Below, piece after piece: positions 54,565 through 64,000 of a DNA stretch of 64,000 bases. How positions within the stretch are numbered: the stretch's first letter is position 1; the number at the start of each line of letters is the position of its first letter. Origin of the DNA: Octopus sinensis. Taxonomy: Eukaryota. The translations under genes and the position numbers were made by a program. The notes under the pieces are model-generated. The model was given only the letters and a program-made list of their open reading frames with translations. It did not search any database and was not told where the DNA came from. Where the stretch lies: positions 39,990,001 to 40,054,000 of the forward strand of contig NC_042997.1 in assembly GCF_006345805.1 (NCBI RefSeq), in the 5' to 3' direction.

Positions 54565-54762
54565 ACAGTCACCATAATCTCTACGAGATAGAAGCGGTTG
54601 TCATCACAAAGATAAACCAAAAACTAAGGGCGCACGGGAGCACACATGACCCGGGACAAGTCAAAGAGCTTGCAGCCCAACCCGAGGAAAGGAAAATCTA
54701 TATTGGCCTTAGCCGATTTCTGTCGCTGATCGAGGGCCCAGTTTGTGTGTCTCCATATGGAT
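54565..54762 (+). repeat. ~200-bp repeat with a direct copy at 56810-57009
   Basis: Aligns by eye with scattered substitutions; no family recognised. Confidence 0.85.
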
Positions 54763-55546
54763 GTGAGGGCTAACGAACATAATGGTTGGAACTTCTAACC
54801 ATAAAAATATTAATCAATTAAATTGTCATCTAAAATGTAAAGTAAAATTATTATGATTAATGAAAATTCTTGTACAGGCAAGGGCACAACCCAGAAACTA
54901 AAATGAATTAAAGATTAAATTAAGGCAAGCATTAATGAGTAAGTCTAATGTTTGGTAAGTACAGTACAACGCCGGACATAGTTTTGATTGCACTTCCCAG
55001 ACCTTAAAATATATAGGATTTTAGTTTTATATTTATATAGTTGTTGTAAAATTTTTATATGTTAAAACCTGTGTTGATGGAATTTCTCTCCATGCCAGTC
55101 CTGACGTAGCAGCTTGATGATCAAAGCCTTTCGGTCATAGTCAGCTCGTAATTTTTTTCAGGTATGGTACTCTTTGCTCTACATAATCTCCTCCGCTTCC
55201 TCCCCTCCTCCTCCTCCTTTTTCTGTTACCAATTCTTGTATGCCTTTACGAATTTCCGTGGCCGTTAGTTAAACAGTTTGTAACAAACTGAAAGGAAAAG
55301 GTGGATGCGTTGTTTTTTTCTTCTTTTCCATGTTTCTACTTCGTTCATGCTCCGATCAATCCTTCAGACATCTCTGTTATGAAGAAAACAAAAACCTATC
55401 ATTTACATTTTAAAAAAAAGTTGATTCCACGGAGGACAAAATAGTTTTACCCGACGACGAAGAGAAGAAAATGGGAGATGATAGGAGAATAAGAACGCTT
55501 CGGCAAACACAGCTATACAAGAAAGCAGCATGTTTGTTGCACCATC

Positions 55547-55577
55547 GTTGCCATAGGAACGAACAACATTGACGTCA
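55547..55577. promoter_or_regulatory. RFX X-box-like motif plus palindromic CRE
   Basis: GTTGCCATAGGAAC (55547-55560) and TGACGTCA (55570-55577) in non-repetitive sequence. Confidence 0.3.
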
Positions 55578-55989
55578 CAGTCAAATCTATTACGCCACAG
55601 CTAATCCTACAATCTGCATCGCCATTTGTATCTACAACAGCAACAAGAACTACAAGAGCAAGAACAAGAACATAAACAAAATTACAGCTAGTGTTTTGGC
55701 TAAGAAAACTATCATTTATTAATGTTGTTAGTCAGCAGATTCAATATTCACTTGAGGACGAAGAAGAGTTCAAAAACTACAAAACTACAAAGACGGTATT
55801 GTACATCTTGATGACATTACTTTCTCAGAAATGAAATCGTTGCGAGACAACGGAGGACTCTGCTGTGTAAATGTGTCAATAGCAAGCGCAGAAAGTTGCA
55901 ATATTCCACTTCAGCTCAGACGTAGACCTGCATGGAAAGCGTGTGGTCTGCAATGGAATCTGAAATAAGAGGAAGGCAACACAGGACGC

Positions 55990-56274
55990 TAGCGACAATC
56001 TGCCAATCGGGGTCACTCCGAAAAGCTCTATCTGCGACGATTTCATCTCAATCGAAGGAGAGGGGCTTTCTCCGTCCGGGTTGCGGATCCGTGGAATAAG
56101 CTGTCGGACGAGATGGTGAAGATGCCGACGACCGCTCGGTTCAAAGTCTCCCTTGACCACAAGTGGCCTGAACTCTTTACATGAACACCACCCTGTACAT
56201 AACTCCATGTCCCCCTACATGGCCTTGCTTTTTGCTTTTTGAGCCAAAAATTAACTAACTAACTAACTAACTAA
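55990..56274 (+). mobile_element. CR1-clade LINE 3' end
   Basis: RGHSEKLYLRRFHLNRRRGAFSVRVADPWNKLSDEMVKMPTTARFKVSLDHKW..* (56008-56184); short 3' UTR; (CTAA)n tail. Confidence 0.88.
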
Positions 56275-58352
56275 GTTGAACACGAGGCTCAAAGATTGTC
56301 GAAAATCACATATTGACCGTAAAAAGTTTGTACTTATTTCACGTCATATGTGATGGATCGTCACCAAAGTCAGAGTGAGAAGTGTGTCGTCCTACAGCAA
56401 CGTGACCAGAGTGGTGGAAACGATACAATAGTGAAACGAGACCATTGGAAGGATTAGCATGGAGTAAAAGATTCTGTTGTACATTTAAACATCGCTGAAA
56501 TTTTTTTCCCGTGACGCATGTTAAGAGAAGTGAATGATGGTAGCAGGCTGGATCTCAAAATGTTACACCTGCATCAAGAATGACTACATGAGAAGTTTCT
56601 GCTGACGGAAGGGGAAAAAGGAGGGTTCCAGGTGTTGATGACAGCTGAAAACTTAACGGGAATCCCAGAATACTTTTAGTTCGAAGACTGCGAGCTAATA
56701 TGAGTGGATGGGAGAAAGCTAATGTTACATGTGTGGCAAAAAGGTATTACTTGAAGGTTTTCTGTCCTATGGGAGAGAAACGAGCAGAGTAGCTCAGGCC
56801 ATCACAACCACAGTCACCATAATTTCTACAAGATAGAAGCGGTTGTCATCACAAAGATAAATAAAAAAAACCAAGGGCGCACGGAAGCACACATCAACCG
56901 GGACAAGTCAAAGAGCTTGCAACTCAACGCGAGGAAAGGAAAATCCGTACTGGCCCAAGCCGATTTCTGTCGCTGATCGAGGGCCCAGTTTGTGTGTCTC
57001 CATGTGGATAAAAACTGGAAAAAGATTGCTAGCTAGGTAGTCGCTTTTATTCGGCTATTCGGAAATAACAGAGAGAAAGTTATCCCTGAAATGTCGTGCC
57101 AGCTTACATTGTCTCGGCGGTGTACTACCGTCTAACCATCAGATATCGTTTCAAGAAACGTCTGACAAGATTGGCGAGTATACATTTTCGCTTCTTATGG
57201 AAGGGATAAATTCTACTGGTTAAGAAATCATATGATGTTAACGCCCCTCCATGGATTTCTCAGGATGACGTCGTAGATGAAGCACAGGCGCATACTAAGG
57301 CTAACAGACCTGCAGTAATATTCTGGGCATCTGTGATGGTGATGATAACTTTAAAAGCACAGATAACTAATTTGGGCACTCTTCTCCCGCAGCTTGTGTC
57401 TTTGACTGAGTTACGATCTTGCTTCAAGCTTAAACCGAGGTTAGATGTATGGCATCTTCAATATTTCCAGGTGTTCAGTTCACAGCACTCTACATTCTAG
57501 ACAACGCATTTAGTGGCAAAACAAGTCTTGCAATCTTACAAGAATATGAGTGACTATAAACGGTAGACGGATCTGGACGTCGACGAGAAGAGATCAAGCA
57601 ACTTTTTCAGATGAATTTCCAAGTCGGAGACTATGTGAAAATGGACGCGTCTGTTATTCGGCAGGAAAGGGCGGTTAGACTTTCTCTTCTTACTGGCTAA
57701 GGCAAAAGAGTAGTGTTTTTGAATTTGTCTGAAAGATGTGAAGTCATGTATTTTCCTCTCTAAGTTCTCAACAATTTCTTTAAGTACAATTTGAGGAGGA
57801 AGGTGAGGGTAGAAAGGGAGATACTACCTTCTAGTGTGTGAACGAAAGGTGAGTGAGTGAGGGTAGCAAGACTAGCGGGGCTGAAGGAGCATGTACTGAA
57901 TATGCTTTTCCAAGTAGACGAGAAGAAAGAGGAAGCGTTTTGTGGGGTTTTCCCCTGAATTATCCTAGAGACCTTCCTCGTTGTTGGGAAATTTCTCTTG
58001 TGATTACTGTCAAAGTTTTATTAATTTTATATAAATCCCGACTTCCTTTTTGTGTATTTGTCTGTCGTCCTTTCCTGGTTTTTGAATAATAAAAGAAACC
58101 ACCTTTATGGTCATCGTCATCATCGTTAATCGTATTAAATATTTTCAATGGTGTCTCTAGTTCCTTACCGGGTGAATATCCGTGTTCCCGATGTGTGTGT
58201 GTGTGTGTGTATGTGGCGTACATTTTGCTTCGTGGTGGAAATTTGCTTTGTTATTTCAAATGTTATTTAGTGTATCAACAGCTGTGCGGAATATGCGCTG
58301 AGTGAATTTCTCTATTTTCTCAGGTGGTGTTTGTGTTTCGTATATGCTATGT

Positions 58353-58646
58353 GGAGGCGCAATGGCCTAGTGGTTAGGGCAGCGGACTCGCGGTCGCAGG
58401 ATCGTGGTTTCGATTCCCAGACCGGGCGTTGTGTGTGTTTATTGAGCGAAAACACCTAAAAGCTCCACGAGGCTCCGGCAGGGGGTGGTGATCCCTGCTG
58501 TACTCTTTCACCACTCTTTCTTCTTCTGTTGGCCTGCTCGCTTAGCCAGCGGAGTGGCGTCATTCGAAGGCTAAAACAATGCGAACGCATTGTGACCAGC
58601 GATGTGTAACAACATCTGCTGGTCTGGTCGGTCACGTGACCACGTG
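58353..58646 (+). mobile_element. SINE family 2, tail B, full length
   Basis: 11-bp TSD atatgctatgt at 58342-58352 and 58647-58657. Confidence 0.93.
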
Positions 58647-59039
58647 ATATGCTATGTAATTAGTACCGTGTGTCAGACGGTCATCGAGTAGAGCACGTGC
58701 TGTTTAATTTGTTCTATATTAATGATTGTCAACTCTGTATGATGAAAACTGAGTTTTATAGAATCAGATATAGATTATGTAAGCGTATGTGTTAGACGAT
58801 GCATGGGGCGTATTGATTGAGTTGTGATATTGAATTGAGCACGTATCGCGCAGGATGTAGTTCGTATCTAGCAGAGCGTTAATGTTTGACCTCGTTACGT
58901 TGTGAGCTTTTATGTAGTTTGTATGTGTTGTTATTGTACTAAGTGCGATAAATATTATTGGCAATGTTTTAAAAGTTATGTTTTACATATTGCTTATATC
59001 AGTGTGAAAACTCCTGTATTCAACATCAACTTCACTTCA

Positions 59040-59350
59040 TTTCGTGCACGTTTGTTTTGATCGAAAAGGATCGAAATGTCGATAAAAGTGCATTCACTTC
59101 CATTCCAGTCATTGATTTTTATATCTGGATGGTTGCTTTGATCGCCTGGTCCGTTAGAGTTGGCCAGGTCATTGTCGCGTACGATATCTGGTACATACTA
59201 ATACCATTTGTCGGCATGTTGCTCAGTGAATATAATTATGGACTCGGTCGGGTCTGTGAATATACTCGGACAAGGCAAAACTCATCAACCGGAAATGTTG
59301 TGATCAATTGTCGAACTGTACTGATTGCACACCCTACACTTGATTATAGT
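59040..59350 (-). mobile_element. Old Dong/R4 LINE remnant (CCHC plus endonuclease)
   Basis: Hand translation KCRVCNQYSSTIDHNISG**VL...ADKWY*YVP...NHPDIKINDWNGSECTFIDISI. Confidence 0.75.
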
Positions 59351-60064
59351 ATCTTCTTGAATTACTTATTTTGTTATTATTTCTAACTAGATACTAATTC
59401 TGCTTCATCTTCTGGTGTTTTTTTTTTTATATATATTTGATTGGAATTTATATTGCTTTTATTCCTCGCAGCCATTTAGGTGTTGATTTTTACTTGCTTA
59501 CTAATTGAATATCATTACTATATACGCTTAGTGCTTTAGCCAGAAATTGGTGATCGTATCGTCCCAAGATATTTTCTCTTGCTAACAGTTCGTAATGTGT
59601 TAGTGAATTCATTTCTGATAACTGTTGCCCTTACTTGCAGGTTTTTTTTATCCTCCAGATTTATTGTGTTTTTGTTTTATTGTAGATATTTTTGATCCTT
59701 ACATGCTAATCCCCAGTGGGGGGATTGAATTTCCTTTGATGTTTAGGTTTTCTCTAGTGTTAAGTCTTTTTCGTGAATGTTCCTGCAAAATTCTTTGGTA
59801 TTTATTTAATCTTAATCCCTTGTTCTCCACTAAGAAGCGCTCACGTTTTCCGAAGCGTCTTATCTAGCATTTATTTTTTATTTCTTTAAGCTTTTGTTTT
59901 GATATCAAAATATTTTCGTTTTATTCATATTTTTAACATTTATTATTTGGTTTCTTTTTCTTTCGTTTCATATCATACCCCACCTCGTTCTCAATTTTGT
60001 GTAGTTTATTTTCGTTTTAGGTTTTGTTTAGCATCGCATCGCTAATAATATTATTTTCAAATTT

Positions 60065-60268
60065 TGGCACAAGGCCAGAAATTTCAGAGAAAGGGGTAAA
60101 TCGATTCCATCGAACTCGGTGTTCAACTGGTACTTATTTTATAGATCCCGAAAGGATGAAAGGCACAATCGACCTCGGCTGAATTTGAACTCAGAAACGT
60201 AAAGACGGACGAAATGCCGCTAAGCATTTCACCAGACGTTCTAACGATTCTGCCAGCTCACCGCCTTA
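60065..60268 (-). mobile_element. SINE family 3 (tail B)
   Basis: Consensus match. Confidence 0.88.
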
Positions 60269-60596
60269 ATTATTAGTAATATTGAATAAGTTAGATTTTC
60301 CTTTTCCCAGTTACCCCTGAAAGCCATTTAAAAAATCGATAAACCGACCTCTTATGTTTCAGGTAACAAAAGCCTTCAATACAAGGGATGTAACTTACTT
60401 AATCCATCAGTTTAATCTAAAGATATTAAACCATAGCAAGGGAAATAACTCTTTAAAACTCTGCACCTCCCTCCCTTTGTTATGTATCACACCTCAATAC
60501 TGTACCAGACTAATTTATCCAATTTAGGACCGGAACTGTCCCGGATTTCTGGGTTTTCCAGTTTCCCTGAGAATTTCCAAACGTTTGCTTAAAACC

Positions 60597-60887
60597 TCTA
60601 TATCTATAAATGGCAAAATGTCTGTTTTTTGATTGGACGGAGATAATTTTACACCTGACATTTGGATGCGCGTGCGCAATTGCAGACGGTCTCTGCGCAT
60701 TTTTGCGTTTTGCGAAAACGCGTTATCATGTGTTTTGGCTTTCAAAGGTGCACGCTTTTTTGATTTGAGAAATGCAGGGAATAATTAACGAGTTAGACCA
60801 AGTGAATGATAAGAGAGCGGGATTTTCATGAAAGACCAAATATGGTTAACTAGCACTAGACCCGGTAACACCGGGTCATAGTGCTAG
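60597..60887 (+). mobile_element. Probable non-autonomous Helitron
   Basis: 5' TC start (tctatatctataaat..gtctgt); 3' hairpin gacccggt-aac-accgggtc followed by CTAG|T. Confidence 0.62.
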
Positions 60888-60969
60888 TATATTATATAAT
60901 AAAACGAATGGTTTATACCTGATAGCTTACTGGTAAAGCATGTTCACTTTCAGTGTTCAACGTGTGTTT

Positions 60970-61367
60970 GGTTAATGAGAGACGGTAGATGAAAGATACG
61001 AGAATCTTTATTAACTACTACAACCTATGAGAGGGCGTTTATACATCCATATCCGTTAACGGTTATATTTAATACATTTTTCACTGTATTACATGTTCTT
61101 TTCTTGTTTGCACCTGTTGCATTTTATTATTGATCTTCTATAAAATTGAAACCATATCCTTTAATTTTCTGCTTTTCTTTACACGAACTGAGAAGATACC
61201 TTACGGAACTGTTATTTTAACGAGTTCTATCTATTTATCACACAAAGAAACACATCTACATCGTCGGATGCTCTTGAACCAGTTGTGAGGGATCGATGGT
61301 AGATGGGTCGAAACAATTGTAGTGATTAATCAAAATTCTCGTATCTTCCATCTTCCGTTCTCGTTAA

Positions 61368-61369
<2 letters not shown>
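60970..61369. mobile_element. 400-bp element with ~55-bp imperfect terminal inverted repeats
   Basis: ggttaatgagagacggtagatgaaagatacgagaat..actacaa versus reverse complement of 61317-61369. Confidence 0.6.
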
Positions 61370-61409
<40 letters not shown>

Positions 61410-62585
61410 GTTTAAGTAGTTGAATGAATTATCCTAGTATGGATAATTCGGTTAACCGATACCCGGGTAGCAAATTTACGTCAGAAAGCACGGTTGAAGC
61501 TACATGCCAAGGGCAGAAATCACGTGCTTTCGTGTGGAAATTTGTGTGTTTTTTTACTATAGATAAATGAAAGAATGGAGTCGAATGGCGATTTAACAAA
61601 ATTCCTTTATTCTCGGAATATGTTTCGAAGACTGCATATTCATAATTCTGAAGGAATAAAGGGTGCATTATGCCGTCTTCTCATCAGGAAAGACAAGGAA
61701 CTTATGTCAGCATCATGACGAACAAAAACTTTTAGACGACTGCCCACACGGAGTCCATATATATATCTGTTTTCGTGGGTGTTCTATTTTTTATGTAGTT
61801 TGCATAGGCGTTTAAATTGTTCCGTTCTGTATTATTCTTCCATTTTCCATAATAGTTTTTGATATGACTACCTCAATATGAATTGCGTTTGATCTGTCGC
61901 GATGTGAATCTTTGTACGGTTTGATTTTTAAGCGTGGGCGTGAAGACTATAACGTTTTTGTGTTTGTGTATTTGTTTGTATGTTTCCATGGAAGTTTCGA
62001 GGACCTGCGTTATAATTTTTTTTTATTTTAGTTCTTTTTGTATGTCTCTTTGTGACTCGCAGCAATACCTTATATACTTTTTTTCTATTTGCTAGCTTCT
62101 GTTATGTTTTCATTGTGTTTAAAAGGTTCATTTATTGTCTATTGTGGACTCTTATATGTTTTGTTTACGATAGATTCCGCAGTGAAGCTTTCATTGTTTT
62201 CGGTAGGTAATCTTTTATGTGTAGTCAGTTACTTTTTTTATTTTCACAGTGCATTTTTTTCTATGAATTGTTTTATTTCAAGTTTTGGCCTCATGTTATT
62301 GCTTATTATAAATCTATTCGCTAGTGTGTTTGCATTGATACCTCTTCTGTCTTTTCACCACATCCCACACGTCTCTTTTGAAGTAACAGATTTGTTAGAG
62401 TGACACACAAATGCCTTATTGCATTTATTTATTCCGTTTTATGTTCTGTATTCAAACACCACCGAGGTCGATTCATCTTTCATCCTTCTATGATCGTTAA
62501 AATAAAGTAACGCTCAAGAAATGGAATCTATCTAATCGACTGTATCCTATGCACATATTTATGACCTTGAGTTTCAACCTGTAAT

Positions 62586-62986
62586 AATTCTTTTCTGTTA
62601 TAGGTGCAAGGCCTGAAATTTTGGGAGAGGTGGCTAGTCTATTAACTCGGCCCCAGTGCTCAACTGATACTTATTCTATCAATCTCCAAAAATGAAAGGC
62701 AAAGTCGACCTCAGTGGAATTTAAGCTCAGAACGTAAAGACTGACGAAATACCTATTTCTTTACTACCCACAAGGGGCTAAATGCAGAAGGGACAAACAA
62801 GGACAGACAAATGGATTAAGTCGATTATATCGACCCCACTGCGTAACTGGTACTTATTTAATCGACCCCGAAAGGATGAAAGGCAAAGTTGACCTCGGCG
62901 GAATTTGAACTCAGAACGTAGCAGCAGACGAAATACCGCTAAGCATTTCACCTGACGTGCTAACGATCCTGCCAGCTCGCCGCCTT
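62586..62986 (-). mobile_element. Dimeric SINE family 3, second copy
   Basis: Same junction agactgacgaaatacc|tatttctttactacccacaagggg as at 50260-50295. Confidence 0.88.
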
Positions 62987-63379
62987 AACTTTTTTGCGTG
63001 TTATAATTATTATTATTAAGGCGACAAAATGGCGGAATCAGTGATGTACTGGGCTAACTGTTATGTTATTTTGTGTTTCGAATTCAAATCGTGCGTGAAA
63101 TGACTACACATTTTATCCGTATCAAATCACTTCAATCGGTTATATTCTTACATCCAATTATTTAACTTCATGCAGAAGCTAGCAATCAGAATACTTTTGT
63201 TGGAACTGTTTTATTTTTCGTTGTCTATCGGTGATTTTGTGGTGATTTGTGGATAGATGTTCGTGTACACCAACACTGAAGAATGGCTCTATGATTGAAT
63301 TTAGTTACATCAAACATGTATTAAGTAGATCTATTTATATTTGTCTATAGTACAATTTAGTATTAGGTGGGCAATGAGA

Positions 63380-63800
63380 GATTTTCAAGTCGTTATTTAA
63401 CCGTGATCCATAAAAACTATGCACTACTGATATAAGTAAGATTTTGGTAGTGGCAGGAGGCCATTCCTGACATACTTTCCTTTCGAGTTCTAGCAATTAC
63501 GCCTTTCATTCTTGTTTTGTGCAATCTTGCTGCTTGAAGTTATACGAATATCTACAAGTTGGCAGATTTCGTGTGTCGTGTCGTAGTTTAACTTTTTTTT
63601 TGTAATTGAGGGAAGTAGTTTCACTGATTTGGTTGATTCTGCACTTGCATAATGTTTTGACATACTGTTTAGTCTTGGACAATCTGTTGATAAAGTGACT
63701 TGCTCTTGTGTTCCTACTCTCAGTTTTATCTGAACTCTAAGCCCATACTCCCTGTCCACGGCCTTTACTAGCTTCTCACATGTATCTTGCTATTCGGATG
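63380..63800 (-). pseudogene. Possible old RTE-like RT remnant
   Basis: CEKLVKAVDREYGLRVQIK loosely resembles the region downstream of the RT catalytic motif; no DD motif recovered. Confidence 0.25.
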
Positions 63801-64000
63801 AAATGCGTGGACTTTTTTTATTGGCAGAAGATTTATTGCTTTCTTCACTTTGATATAATCTTTTAATTGATCTGGTTGAAGAGAAGCAGAAAATGTTTGA
63901 AGATTTTTCTCAACGAGTGAGAAGGTAGGACATTTAAGAACTTATTGAAACTTTAAAATGTATTTATGTAGTCACAAACAGTCTTCACTCTTAATAATTA

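Noticed and set aside
55876-56208. 110-aa minus-strand ORF
   Set aside because: Antisense of the CR1 ORF2 C-terminus.
57060-57800. Moderate-GC segment resembling decayed LINE coding sequence (similar texture at 10.8-13.4 kb)
   Set aside because: No diagnostic motif recovered by hand.
59400-59900. KYLG-containing stretch upstream of the old Dong remnant
   Set aside because: May be the same element, but too decayed to support.

Overview
AT-rich, repeat-saturated animal genomic DNA. The SINE families and extreme microsatellite density look like an octopod cephalopod; this is inferred from recall, not database-checked. I found no host protein-coding gene, rRNA, real tRNA gene or CRISPR array that I can support. 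Most ORF-track entries are microsatellite read-throughs. The window is a mosaic of: three or more tRNA-derived SINE families (about 35 copies, several with clean target-site duplications); a 28.6-43.3 kb cluster of Dong/R4-clade LINE fragments (restriction-like endonuclease type) sitting in (TAA)n arrays with consistent strand polarity; Penelope-like remnants (GIY-YIG domain, LTR-like repeats carrying hammerhead-ribozyme-like cores); mariner relics; a CR1 3' end; a hAT MITE; a probable non-autonomous Helitron; two near-identical 1.3 and 1.6 kb tandem duplications; and several long inverted repeats. Best leads: (1) a ~500-bp non-coding element that co-targets (TAA)n with the Dong/R4 LINEs, (2) minimal hammerhead-like motifs with palindromic helix III, including a 201-bp tandem retrozyme-like repeat, (3) a 2.8-kb foldback structure whose arms end in telomere-like arrays, and (4) a dimeric SINE inserted as one unit. 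All coordinates were read by eye and may be off by a few bases.
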